From Verrucomicrobiota bacterium (lineage in GTDB: Bacteria; Verrucomicrobiota; Verrucomicrobiia; CAIQCK01), in assembly GCA_016235595.1 (NCBI GenBank), contig JACRJX010000008.1, forward strand, positions 105,092 to 169,091: a stretch of DNA of 64,000 nucleotides. Direction: 5' to 3'. The notes beneath the pieces were generated by a model. The model did not search any database. It was given only the letters and a program-made list of their open reading frames with translations, and was not told where the DNA came from. This document shows, in pieces, positions 48,701 through 57,509 of this stretch; the first letter of the stretch is position 1; each line of letters begins with the position of its first letter. The position numbers were made by a program, and so were the translations under genes.

Positions 48701-49158
48701 CGGAGTCGCTGAGCGATTACGGCTTCAACGTCATGCCGACGGCGGAACGGCTGGCGTCGTTCGCGGTGGTGGAGAACACCTATTTGGCGACGTTCCAGAT
48801 GCTCGGCGGGCTGGGCCTTGTGCTCGGCACGCTGGGACTGGGGGCCATCCTGCTGCGCAACGTGCTAGAGCGGCGCGGTGAACTGGCGCTGCTGCGCGCG
48901 CTCGGCTTCCCGCAACGGGCGCTGGCGGTGCTCGTGCTGGCGGAAAACGGTTTCCTGCTGCTGACCGGCCTGCTCTGCGGCGTCCTCTGTGCGTTGCTTG
49001 CCGTCGCGCCGCACCTAGCCAGCAGCGCTGGCGGGCTGCCGTGGGGCCAGCTTGTTGTGATGCTGGTGTTGGTCGTGGCGGCGGGGCTTGGATCGAGCGT
49101 TCTGGCCGTCCGCGCGGCGTGGCGCGTGCCGATGCTTGGCGCGCTGCGCGAAGAATGA
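45775..49158 (+). CDS. Large FtsX-family ABC permease with duplicated permease modules
   Basis: Start at MNLRTLFLRSL (ATG 45775); upstream ORF codons are heptamer read-through. Two FtsX blocks ('KEIGILLATGF', 'GELALLRALGF') separated by large extracytoplasmic domains. Confidence 0.85.
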   Translation: MNLRTLFLRSLRHHWRSLLAVSLGAAVGTAVLTGSLIVGDSMRASLRDLTLERLGRVDCALVAARLFREQLAADLNAAPAIMLRGSAMTDNARAGQVSVLGVDDRFWKLADHPPATLPRDGEVLLNDTLAHELNAKTGDRVLLRFEKPSAVPRDSMMGRRSEVVATVPLNVAAIIPSSGVGRFGLQANQQLPRNAFVPLATLQRTLKLAGRANALFVTGPSEPAALQTRLHQSLTLADLDLQLRVQPAHGCVSLESSRMILEPAIASTAFAAAAKLHAPAVPTLTYLANTIAVGPREIPYSTVTAFDPKTQNSSVLLRLTSGEPAPAPGDDEILLNEWAATDLAAKPGDTVRLAYYVVDAQSQLHTAEHAFKLAGVVSLAGAATDPTLTPDYPGISDAQTMADWDPPFPVDLKRVRPKDEDYWEERRATPKAFVSLATGQRLWSSRFGNLTAIRLAPAGSAGVQPTEADLRKIATLFEKELLARLSPDQLGLVFQPVKEQGLRASGGATDFGQLFFGFSFFLIISAAMLVALLFRLSVERRAKEIGILLATGFPVRVVRRLLLLEGGAIAVAGGVLGLFGAVVYGWLMIAGLRTWWLPAVGTPFLKLALTSGSLAAGFAGGVAVALASVWRTARSLRRREPVMLLAGRFAGEETPAAGARAVRWRWFVAGAALLAAVASLGASAFGGTEQAAMGFFGGGAALLVAALAFVDGWFRRDLRSFTSAAAAQPPRARRVMWLGVRNGARHPGRSVLTAGLVASATFLIMAVTAFHQTPGGGEPEKSSGDGGFRLVAESDVPLHHDLNTPKGREALGMSSAAATLAGVRVTPFRLRPGDDTSCLNLYAPERPRILGVTDAMIERGGFRFAATLAGSADERANPWLLLRRDFGPDVVPVFGDANTVQWILHSGLGQDLVITDEHGAKARLRFVGLLGGSIFQSELVMAESRFLKLFPSQSGYGFFLIEAPIERDRQVSKTLAESLSDYGFNVMPTAERLASFAVVENTYLATFQMLGGLGLVLGTLGLGAILLRNVLERRGELALLRALGFPQRALAVLVLAENGFLLLTGLLCGVLCALLAVAPHLASSAGGLPWGQLVVMLVLVVAAGLGSSVLAVRAAWRVPMLGALREE

Positions 49159-49266
49159 AATGCGGCTGAAAACCACGCCGAGGTGAACTCTCACTCCTGT
49201 TGACCTGCATCAATCCGCGCCCTGACGGTTCATGCGATGGTTCTCTCGTAATGGAGAAACAAGAAC

Positions 49267-49872
49267 ATGAAACCGACAGAAGTATTGAGCAATGAACATC
49301 GGGTGATCGAACAGGTGTTGGACTGCCTGGAGCGAATCATCGCAGAGGCCAGGACCAACGGCAGGCTGGATGCGTTGTCAGCCAGGGACGCCATCAGCTT
49401 TTTCCGCATTTTCGCCGACCGGTGCCATCACGGGAAGGAAGAGGTTCATCTGTTCCCGGCGTTGGAGGCGAAGGGTTTTTCGCGCGCCGGCGGGCCGACG
49501 GGCGTGATGTTCGCCGAGCACGAAGCGGGACGCGCGTGCGTCCGCGCCATGAGCGAGGCGATGGACGCGGCGGCGCAAGGCGACCCCGCGGCGCTAGTGC
49601 GGTTTGCGGAGGCGGGCGGGGAATACATCGCCCTGCTCCGGCAGCACATCGAAAAGGAAGACCACTGCCTGTTCTCAATGGCCAACCAGGCCCTCACCGA
49701 CGAGGACCAGGCGGAATTGATGGTGAAATTCGAGAACGTTGAGACTGAAAAGATGGGCCGCGGCACGCACGGGAAGTTCCTGGTCATCGCCAGGACGCTC
49801 GCGGAGAAATATGGAGTGAAGCCAAAGGTTGTGGCTGGTGGCGGACACGGCGTGGCTTGCTGCCATCACTGA
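49267..49872 (+). CDS. Hemerythrin-domain protein
   Basis: 'EHRVIEQ', 'CHHGKEEVHLFP' and 'HIEKEDHCLF' metal-binding His/Glu pattern. Confidence 0.8.
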   Translation: MKPTEVLSNEHRVIEQVLDCLERIIAEARTNGRLDALSARDAISFFRIFADRCHHGKEEVHLFPALEAKGFSRAGGPTGVMFAEHEAGRACVRAMSEAMDAAAQGDPAALVRFAEAGGEYIALLRQHIEKEDHCLFSMANQALTDEDQAELMVKFENVETEKMGRGTHGKFLVIARTLAEKYGVKPKVVAGGGHGVACCHH

Positions 49873-50029
49873 GCAGAATGCGCCCCGCTGGCAACGGCGC
49901 TTGAGAAGAGAGGGAGGGTGCTGCGTTCCCTCCGCGTTCTCTGCGGCTTCGCGTTTTCCTTTGCCGTCGCCTGTCTTGTTGCCCTGCGGCGGGGTTTCGT
50001 GCAATGATGCGCGCCAGTCGGCAAACGTC

Positions 50030-51256
50030 ATGCGCGCTTCTTTTTCAATCGCACTACCGGCGCTCGCGGCGGTTCTCATCGCTGCGCCCGGCTTCGCTGC
50101 GGAAAAGATCGCACCGAAGACCTTGGAATTTCTCCAAGACACGACGATCAGCGGACATCTTCAATCTTCCTACCAACACACCTTTGAGGCACACGACTCG
50201 CCGGGGCAGGCCGGCGCGCGGCAGCTCAACAACACCGGTGACGGTTTCTCCCTCAACCAAGCCAAGATCAGGCTTGAGCATCCCCTCAATGACAATGAGT
50301 TTGCAGCGGGGTATCGCGTGGATTTCCTTGCCGGCCAGGACGCGGAGCGGATTCATTCCTACGGGCTGTTCTCATCGAACGCAAACGAACTGTCACGGCG
50401 GCAGGGCACCGGCTCCAATGGGGCGATAGACCTGGAGCAGGCCTACGTCACGTTCCGGCTGCCGGTGGGCGCGGGCCTGGATGTGAAGTTCGGCAAGTTC
50501 GTCTCGCTCGCCGGCGCGGAGACGTTGGATGCGCCGGGCAACTGGTTTTTCAGTCGCAGCTACATCTTCGGCTTCGGCGAGCCGTTCACGCTTACCGGCG
50601 CGTTATTGAGCTATCAGTGGAACGACGTGCTCGACACCCAGTTTGGGGTCGTCAACGGCTGGGATGCGGTGCAGGACAACAACAGCAGCAAGACGGTGGT
50701 CGGCCGCGCCAATGTGACGTTGTTCGAGGGCAAGCTGAAGAACGCGGTGACGGTGATCGGCGGGCCGGAGCAGACGGGCAACAATGTGAACTACCGTTGG
50801 ATCGTGGACGACGTGTTGACGTGGCAGCCGCCGATGGAAAACCTGCTGCTGACATTGAACGGCCTCTACGGCAGCGAAGACGGCATGGTGGACAGTACCG
50901 GCGTTTATCACACTGGCAACGTCGCGTGGTGGGGAGCCTTGGCGTCGGCACGTTATCAATGGACGCCGTTCGTGACGATGGCTCTGCGTTACGAATACTT
51001 TAGCGATCCCGACAACGCGCGGACGGACGGCGCAGGCGGCATCGGGCCGGTGCCGCTGAGTCCGATGGTGCAGGGGGTGAATTACCAAGCGGTGACCTGG
51101 TCGGTGTGGCTGGAGCGGTTGATGCCGAACCTGACGCCGCGCGTGGAGGTGCGCTGGGACCGGGCCAACAACCCAGTGTTCCAAGCGCAGCCCAGCGGCA
51201 GCGATGGCACGCGCTCACAAGTGAGCGTATCGTTCGACATGGTGTACGTCTTCTGA
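50030..51256 (+). CDS. Putative outer-membrane beta-barrel porin (OmpL/BBP2-like), paralog A
   Basis: Signal peptide ALPALAAVLIAAPGFAAE, beta-strand periodicity, C-terminal 'MVYVF'. Strong similarity to 51429-52649. Confidence 0.6.
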   Translation: MRASFSIALPALAAVLIAAPGFAAEKIAPKTLEFLQDTTISGHLQSSYQHTFEAHDSPGQAGARQLNNTGDGFSLNQAKIRLEHPLNDNEFAAGYRVDFLAGQDAERIHSYGLFSSNANELSRRQGTGSNGAIDLEQAYVTFRLPVGAGLDVKFGKFVSLAGAETLDAPGNWFFSRSYIFGFGEPFTLTGALLSYQWNDVLDTQFGVVNGWDAVQDNNSSKTVVGRANVTLFEGKLKNAVTVIGGPEQTGNNVNYRWIVDDVLTWQPPMENLLLTLNGLYGSEDGMVDSTGVYHTGNVAWWGALASARYQWTPFVTMALRYEYFSDPDNARTDGAGGIGPVPLSPMVQGVNYQAVTWSVWLERLMPNLTPRVEVRWDRANNPVFQAQPSGSDGTRSQVSVSFDMVYVF

Positions 51257-51391
51257 AACGGACCGGAGCGGAAAACGGCGCACAAAACCCGGCTAGACGA
51301 TCTTTGCCCGTGTTGCTCAAAAGAAAACAGTGGCATGGTTAGTTTGCCGCGTTTTCACGTCAAAAAAGGGGTCATGGACGTGTTTTCGTCG

Positions 51392-51407
51392 TGGCACATG
51401 CGTTGCT
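51392..51407 (+). promoter_or_regulatory. Sigma-54 (-24/-12) promoter
   Basis: 'TGGCAC-atgcg-TTGCt' matches TGGCAC-N5-TTGCW exactly. The conserved TTGC element ends about 22 nt upstream of the ATG at 51429. Confidence 0.6.
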
Positions 51408-51428
51408 TTTACCCATTGCAAGGTGAGT

Positions 51429-52649
51429 ATGGAGACAACTCTGACTATGACAAAAACTTGCGCGGTGACCGGGCTGATCGGCTCGTATCTGTTGGGCGGC
51501 GCTCTGGCGGCGACGGCCGCAGAGAAGATCGCTCCGAAAACCCTTCAATTCCTGGAGGCGGTAGAGCTCAGCGGTTACGTGCAGTCGTCTTATCAGAAGT
51601 CTTGGGGTGCCAACGGCACAGCCGGAGATCCCGGCACAACGCCGGCCCGCCTTTTCAACAACAACCGGAATGGGTTCGATATAGACCAAGCGAAGCTGAC
51701 GCTTGAGAAACCGCTCGGTGACGGCGAGGCTGGAGCAGGCTATCGCGTGGACTTGCTCTATGGCAGGGATGCATCGAGAATCTCCGGCAATAACAACAGC
51801 TTCTTACTGGAGCAAGCCTATGTGCAGTTCCGGCTCCCGGTGGGCACCGGCGTGGATGTGAAGATGGGCCGGTTCGTGACACTGCTCGGCAATGAGGTGA
51901 TTGACGCGCCGGCCAACTGGAACTACAGCCGCAGCTACATCTTCAGCAGCGAACCGTTTACGCATACAGGAGCGCTGTTGAGCTACAAGTGGAACGACGT
52001 CGTGGACACGCAATTCGGCGTGGTCAACGGCTACTCGGACACAGCCGGCGCGAACGGCGCGGCTGACAACAACTCGGGCAAGTCGGTCACCGGCCGCGTA
52101 GGGCTGACGTTGCTCGGCGGGCAACTGGTGGCGTCCACCATCGGCATCGCTGGCGCGGAGCACACCGGCAACAACAACGGCACACGCTGGGTTGTCAATG
52201 AGGTCATCACCTACAACCCAAAGTGGAACGAAAAATGGAAGTTCGCCCTGGAAGGCATCTATGGCCGCGACACCCGGATGGATATGGCCACCGGTGTCGC
52301 AGGGACCCCCGAAGCCATGTGGTGGGGAGTGGCAGGCTACACGAAGTATCAATGGATGCCTCACCTCTCGACGGCACTGCGCGCCGAGAGTCTCAGTTAC
52401 AACGGCAGCGCGCTGAGCATCTTCGGATGGGGCGGCACGGCTCCTCTCGTCACTGCCGCCGATTACAGCGGCAAGGGCCACGTGGAGGACATCACGCTGA
52501 GTTGTTCCTTTGACAATATCTGGAAGAACCTGACGCCGCGATTGGAAGTGCGTTACGACCGGGTCAATCCGTCCATCTTTGGCAACGGGGCGGATGGCTA
52601 TCAAAACGGCATCTTCACGGCATCCCTGGACATCATCTACGCATTCTAA
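51429..52649 (+). CDS. Putative outer-membrane beta-barrel porin (OmpL/BBP2-like), paralog B
   Basis: Shares 'AAEKIAPKTL.FL', 'SGY/H.QSSYQ', 'LEQAYV.FRLPVG.G.DVK.G.FV.L.G.E..DAP.NW..SRSYIF' and 'VVNG' with paralog A. C-terminal 'IIYAF'. Confidence 0.6.
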   Translation: METTLTMTKTCAVTGLIGSYLLGGALAATAAEKIAPKTLQFLEAVELSGYVQSSYQKSWGANGTAGDPGTTPARLFNNNRNGFDIDQAKLTLEKPLGDGEAGAGYRVDLLYGRDASRISGNNNSFLLEQAYVQFRLPVGTGVDVKMGRFVTLLGNEVIDAPANWNYSRSYIFSSEPFTHTGALLSYKWNDVVDTQFGVVNGYSDTAGANGAADNNSGKSVTGRVGLTLLGGQLVASTIGIAGAEHTGNNNGTRWVVNEVITYNPKWNEKWKFALEGIYGRDTRMDMATGVAGTPEAMWWGVAGYTKYQWMPHLSTALRAESLSYNGSALSIFGWGGTAPLVTAADYSGKGHVEDITLSCSFDNIWKNLTPRLEVRYDRVNPSIFGNGADGYQNGIFTASLDIIYAF

Positions 52650-52718
52650 GCCGGTGACGGAACGAACAGAGAAAGCAATGATTTAAGACGATGTAGACGG
52701 AACGAACAAACAAGCTGC

Positions 52719-52753
52719 CGGCTTGGACGTGGTCCGATCCCACGTCCAAGCCG
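52719..52753 (+). terminator. Strong 14-bp stem-loop after porin B (possible terminator, no U-tract)
   Basis: 'cggcttggacgtgg' - 7 nt - 'ccacgtccaagccg'. Confidence 0.4.
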
Positions 52754-52855
52754 AATGCGCTTGTCAAGAGAATCGAAAGCCGGGCAATGTTTGCGCGGCT
52801 AATGCGAGACAGAAGGAAACGAAAGCAGCAACGCAGTAGCGAAGAAAGGTAACGA

Positions 52856-54268
52856 ATGACACCCAAAGACGTATTCGATTTGATCAAGAAAAAGGACGTG
52901 AAGATCGTGGACTTCAAGTTCAGCGATCTGCACGGCGCATGGCAGCATTTCTCCATGCCCATCAGCGAGTTCAGCGAGGAGATGTTCGACGAGGAGTGGC
53001 CGGGTTTTGACGGCAGCTCGATCCGCGGGTGGAAAGGCATTGAGTCGAGCGACATGTTGCTCAAGCCTGAGCCGAACAGCGCGATGATTGACCCGTTCTG
53101 CGCCGTGCCGACGCTGAGCCTGCTCTGCACCGCCCACGACACCACGACGAAGGAAGTCTACAGCCGCGACCCGCGCGGCGTCGCCGAAAAGGCCGAGGCT
53201 TATCTAAAGAGCACCGGCATCGCCGACCAGGCGTTCTTCGGCCCCGAGGCGGAGTTCTTCATCTTCGACGACGTTCGCTACGACTCGAAGAGCAACGGCA
53301 CGTTCTACTCGGTGGACTCCATCGAAGGCATCTGGAACAGCGGCCGCGAGGAAATGCCCAACACCGGCTACAAGATTCGCTCCAAGGAAGGCTATTTCCC
53401 GGTCTCGCCCTCCGACACCCAGCAAGACATCCGCACAGAGATGATCATGCTGATGGAGCAGATGGGCGTGCGCATCGAGCGTCAGCACCACGAAGTCGCC
53501 ACCGCGGGCCAGGCGGAGATAGACATTCGCTTCGACACGCTGGTCAACACCGGCGACAAGATGCAGATCTACAAATACGTGGTGAAGAACGTCGCCCACA
53601 GGCACGGCAAGACCGCCACGTTCATGCCCAAGCCGCTCTTCGGTGACAACGGCAGCGGCATGCACGTCCACCAATCGTTGTGGAAGAAGGGAAAGCCCAT
53701 GTTCCCCGGCAAAGGTTATGCCGGCCTCAGCGACATGGCCCTCTACTACATCGGCGGTCTCCTGAAGCACGCCAAGGCCCTCTGCGCCATCCTCAGCCCG
53801 ACCACCAACAGCTACAAGCGGCTGGTGCCCGGCTACGAGGCGCCGGTGAACCTGGCGTACAGCGCCCGCAACCGCTCCGCGGCCATTCGTATTCCGACCT
53901 ACTCGGAAAACCCGAAGGCCAAGCGGTTGGAGTATCGTCCGCCCGATCCTGCGGCGAACATCTATCTGGCCTGCGCCGCGATGCTCATGGCAGGCCTTGA
54001 CGGCATCCAGAACCGCATCGACCCCGGCGAACCGCTCGACAAGAACATTTACGAGCTGCCGCCGGAGGAACTGGCGAAAGTCCCGACCGTGCCCGACAAC
54101 CTGCTCGGCGCGTTGCGCGCGCTGGAGGCCGATCACGAGTTCCTGCTCAAGGGCGATGTATTCACCAAGGATCTCATCGAGGCCTACATCGAGTTGAAGC
54201 GCAAGGAATACGACGCGGTCCGGTTGCGCCCGCATCCGTATGAGTTCCACCTCTATTACGACGTATAA
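52856..54268 (+). CDS. glnA: Glutamine synthetase, type I
   Basis: 470 aa with 'FKFSDLHG', '[11 protein letters not shown]' and '[13 protein letters not shown]'. Confidence 0.97.
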   Translation: MTPKDVFDLIKKKDVKIVDFKFSDLHGAWQHFSMPISEFSEEMFDEEWPGFDGSSIRGWKGIESSDMLLKPEPNSAMIDPFCAVPTLSLLCTAHDTTTKEVYSRDPRGVAEKAEAYLKSTGIADQAFFGPEAEFFIFDDVRYDSKSNGTFYSVDSIEGIWNSGREEMPNTGYKIRSKEGYFPVSPSDTQQDIRTEMIMLMEQMGVRIERQHHEVATAGQAEIDIRFDTLVNTGDKMQIYKYVVKNVAHRHGKTATFMPKPLFGDNGSGMHVHQSLWKKGKPMFPGKGYAGLSDMALYYIGGLLKHAKALCAILSPTTNSYKRLVPGYEAPVNLAYSARNRSAAIRIPTYSENPKAKRLEYRPPDPAANIYLACAAMLMAGLDGIQNRIDPGEPLDKNIYELPPEELAKVPTVPDNLLGALRALEADHEFLLKGDVFTKDLIEAYIELKRKEYDAVRLRPHPYEFHLYYDV

Positions 54269-54288
54269 AGCAATCGCTCCCTGAACGA

Positions 54289-54328
54289 GAGGCCGGCCCG
54301 GTTCGTCCGTGGCCGGCCTCTTTGTTTT
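54289..54328 (+). terminator. Rho-independent terminator of glnA
   Basis: 'gaggccggcc' - 12 nt - 'ggccggcctc' followed by 'tttgtttt'. Confidence 0.75.
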
Positions 54329-54488
54329 CCACGCTTGCAATGTGGCGCGTGTCTTGGGATGTTCGCGCCGTGAACTGCGAAGAAGGAGGACTGCGAAAAA
54401 AATCGTCCGTCTTTTTCCTTGCGCTGTTCGTCCGACAAGATTACGCTCCGCGCTCGTTCGCGGCGAATCGAACGGGTGAAGCGAGCGT

Positions 54489-54762
54489 TGTGAATAAGCT
54501 GTGAATAACTTGTTCAGTTTGTGTTCGGGAGCTCGCCGGCGAATCGGGATGTTTTTTGTGACTGAGTGGTCTGGCATCGTTGATGAGGCCGTATCAGTCG
54601 TTGGAAGCGGCCAAGGAGACGAAAAACAGGCTTTTTTGTTGAATTTAGGAGATTTTAGTTCCGGTCGTATCGAATGGGCCCGCTGTGGCGGTGTGGCCCA
54701 ATAGGCTGTGAATAACTTTTTGTTTTTTAAACCTTTAGCTTGGTTTTACCGAGGGTTTTTCG
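54489..54762. other. Candidate oriC segment / dnaA control region: DnaA-box cluster plus AT-rich stretch
   Basis: 'TGTGAATAA' (one mismatch from TGTGGATAA) at 54489-54497, 54500-54508 and 54707-54715. The last two sit in a 14-nt identical context 'gctgtgaataactt'. AT-rich stretch at 54711-54750 abuts dnaA. Confidence 0.5.
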
Positions 54763-56115
54763 ATGAACATTGATGCAGTGCCGCTGTGGCAGCGCGCTAC
54801 GGATTTGTTGCGATCTCGCGTCAGCCCGCCTTTATTTGATCTTTGGTTTGCTCCGCTCAAGGCGCACTCATTGTCGGCAGACGCGTTGACGCTGAATACG
54901 CCGAACGATTTCTACGTGGAGTGGCTGCAGGAGAACTACGCGCCGTTGCTCCGCGATGTGCTCGCAGCCGTCACCGGTCAGACGTTGGCGGTCAAGTTCA
55001 TGCCGCTGCCTGCCGATGCGGCTGTGCCTGCGCAATCCACGCAGCCGCCGGCGCCGGTGCCAGCGCCTGTTCCGGCGCGTGGCGCTTCCGCGCCGACATT
55101 CAACCGCCGCTACACCTTCGACACCTTCGTGGTCGGCCCCAACAACGAAATGGCGCACGCCGCCGCGAAATCGGTGGCGGAATCGCCGGGTCGCGCCTAC
55201 AACCCGTTATTCATTTACGGTGCGACCGGCCTCGGCAAAACACATCTGTTGCAGGCGATCGGTCACTACGTCCTGAGCCATCGCAATCGGATGCGTGTCG
55301 TCTACGTCACCTGCGAGTATTTCCTGAATCATTTCATCGAAGCACTCGGCTCAAAGCAGATGCACAACTTCCGCAAGCATTACCGCAATGCGGACATCCT
55401 GCTGATTGACGACATTCACTCGCTGGCGGGCAAGCAAGGCACGCAGGAGGAGTTCTTCCACACGTTCAACTCTCTCTTCGACGCGCACAAGCAGATCGTG
55501 CTTTCCTGCGACCGGCCTGCGACGGAAATCGCCGGCCTGGAAGAGCGGCTTATCTCCCGCTTCGAGTGGGGCCAGACCGTGGACCTGCAGCCGCCCGACC
55601 TCGAAACGCGCATCGCCATTCTTCGCAAGAAGCAACATCTGCTGGGTTTCCATCTGCCCGACGAGGTGTTGTCATTCCTGGCTGAGAAAATCCGCACTAA
55701 CATCCGCCGGCTCGAAGGCGCGTTGATCCGCGTCGCTTCCTACGGTTCGCTGCCCGGCCGCGAGCTGGACATCCCGGCAGTGGAGAAACTTCTCAATGAT
55801 GTGCTCACAGAAGAAGCGCGGCACGCCCTGACCATCGAGGGCATCCAGAAGTGCGTCGCGACTCATTTCGACATCCGGCTTGCAGACATGACCAGCAAAC
55901 GACGGCCGACCTCCATCGCCTTCCCGCGCATGGTGGCGATGTATCTGTCACGACAACTGACCAACCATTCGCTGGCGCGGATTGGCGAAGCGTTTGGCGG
56001 ACGCGATCACGGCACGGTCATCAACGCGTGCAAGCAGATTACCAAGGCGGTGCAGTCCGATGCCGCCTTGCGCCAAACCGTCGGTTTCCTTCAGCAACAG
56101 TTGAAACGTGAATAA
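54763..56115 (+). CDS. dnaA: Chromosomal replication initiator protein DnaA
   Basis: 'YTFDTFVVGPNN', Walker A 'GATGLGKTHLL', 'IDDIHSLAGK', and domain IV 'RMVAMYLSRQLT..SL..IGEAFGGRDHGTVINA'. Confidence 0.97.
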   Translation: MNIDAVPLWQRATDLLRSRVSPPLFDLWFAPLKAHSLSADALTLNTPNDFYVEWLQENYAPLLRDVLAAVTGQTLAVKFMPLPADAAVPAQSTQPPAPVPAPVPARGASAPTFNRRYTFDTFVVGPNNEMAHAAAKSVAESPGRAYNPLFIYGATGLGKTHLLQAIGHYVLSHRNRMRVVYVTCEYFLNHFIEALGSKQMHNFRKHYRNADILLIDDIHSLAGKQGTQEEFFHTFNSLFDAHKQIVLSCDRPATEIAGLEERLISRFEWGQTVDLQPPDLETRIAILRKKQHLLGFHLPDEVLSFLAEKIRTNIRRLEGALIRVASYGSLPGRELDIPAVEKLLNDVLTEEARHALTIEGIQKCVATHFDIRLADMTSKRRPTSIAFPRMVAMYLSRQLTNHSLARIGEAFGGRDHGTVINACKQITKAVQSDAALRQTVGFLQQQLKRE

Positions 56116-56291
56116 CCCTGCCAATAATCTGTGCCGAGTCTGCCAACAGATGGTTAAGAACTTTGTACCGGACCTAAAAAGTGAACAACCACCAAGTTCC
56201 TACCATGACTCGCTCGGTTTATTCACTGCCGCGCGCCGACGTAACTATCGCTAGCTGACCTTGACAGCGCATTTTGTTTCCAGTATTCACA
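56107..56291. other. Additional DnaA-box-like sites in the dnaA-dnaN spacer
   Basis: 'cGTGAATAA' 56107-56115 (overlaps the dnaA stop), 'TTATTCACt' 56219-56227 and 'gTATTCACA' 56283-56291. Confidence 0.4.
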
Positions 56292-56326
56292 CCCTCTACT
56301 ACGACGACTCTTCTTAAGGTTTATAT

Positions 56327-57493
56327 ATGAAAATAACAGTCAGCAAAGACCAGATGCTAGAGGCGCTTCAACAAGTGCAAACAGTCGTCAGCACTCGCAC
56401 CACACTTCCCATCCTTTCCAATGTCCTGCTCCGCGCCACAGGCGACACATTGGAACTGACCACCACCGATCTGGATGTCGGAATCCAACGCAAGATCAGT
56501 GCCGATGTTGCAAAGCCGGGAGCCACCAGTCTGCCAGCGCGCCGATTGTTTGGAATTTTCAGGGAATTGCCTGCAGGAGAAGCCGAAATCGAGGTCGATG
56601 AAAAGAACATCGCATCCATACGTTGCGGGTCGTCGTTCTTCAAGATCATGGGATTGCCAGCAGAGGAGTTCCCCCCATTGCCGAAGTTCGATGGAGGCAA
56701 ACATTTCAAGATTGCACAAACAAACCTGCGCGACATGTTCCGCAAAACCTCGTACGCGATCTCCAATGATGAGACGCGCTATGTGTTAAACGGCGCATTC
56801 TTGCAGTTTAAGGCCGATAAACTGACGATGGTGGCCACAGATGGTCGTCGGTTGGCATTAGCGGAACAAGACTTGGAGTTTCCAAAAGCCAACGAGGTTG
56901 AGGGCATTCTGCCAACAAAGGCCGTCAATGAGCTGATGCATCTTTTGGGCGACAAGGGCGAAGTTCAGGCGATCGTGACGGAAAACCAGATGGCGTTTGA
57001 GATGCAGGTTTCAGCAGCACCAGTGACCGGGGCACAACCAGAAAAGGGGAAGGAAGAAAAGGCGAAGAGTGACAGCCCGAACCTGATGATCGTGTCGAAA
57101 TTGATCGAGGGGAATTATCCGAATTATCGCCAGGTGATTCCCAGTGAGTGCAAAGAACGTGTCACGCTCGAACGCGAGAGCTTGCTGACAGCGCTTCGTC
57201 GGGCCTCTCTGCTCTGCACAGAGAAGTCCAACTCGGTCAAACTCCAGTTCTCCAAGAATAACCTCGCAGTCATAGCGAAGAGTCCTGATGTGGGCGAGGC
57301 ACGCGAATCCGTGACGATCAACTACAAGGGCAAGGAAATCGCGGTCGCGTTCAACCCCGAATACATGATGGATCCTCTGCGCAACCTCGACAGCGATGAG
57401 GTCCACTTGGAGTTGATCGACGAGCTGTCACCCGGGGTCATCAAGGTGAACGCCCCGTTCCTCTACGTCCTGATGCCGATGCGGATGAGTTGA
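56327..57493 (+). CDS. dnaN: DNA polymerase III beta subunit (sliding clamp)
   Basis: 388 aa, N-terminal 'MKITVSKDQMLEAL..VQ.VV..RTTLPILSNVLL'. Position directly after dnaA. Confidence 0.95.
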   Translation: MKITVSKDQMLEALQQVQTVVSTRTTLPILSNVLLRATGDTLELTTTDLDVGIQRKISADVAKPGATSLPARRLFGIFRELPAGEAEIEVDEKNIASIRCGSSFFKIMGLPAEEFPPLPKFDGGKHFKIAQTNLRDMFRKTSYAISNDETRYVLNGAFLQFKADKLTMVATDGRRLALAEQDLEFPKANEVEGILPTKAVNELMHLLGDKGEVQAIVTENQMAFEMQVSAAPVTGAQPEKGKEEKAKSDSPNLMIVSKLIEGNYPNYRQVIPSECKERVTLERESLLTALRRASLLCTEKSNSVKLQFSKNNLAVIAKSPDVGEARESVTINYKGKEIAVAFNPEYMMDPLRNLDSDEVHLELIDELSPGVIKVNAPFLYVLMPMRMS

Positions 57494-57509
57494 GAGCCGG
57501 TCGGGCAGC

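Noticed and set aside
49880-49900. Sigma-54-like 'CTGGCAACGGCGCTTGA' upstream of porin A
   Set aside because: The -12 element is off by one position and reads TTGA rather than TTGC. It is too weak to call.
52650-52720. Direct repeat 'gacggaacgaaca' x2 upstream of glnA, considered as a tandem glutamine riboswitch
   Set aside because: The glnA-RNA motif needs a CGUUC…GAACG closing helix and a GGAAG-type core, which I cannot find here. The resemblance is limited to 'ACGGAAC'.
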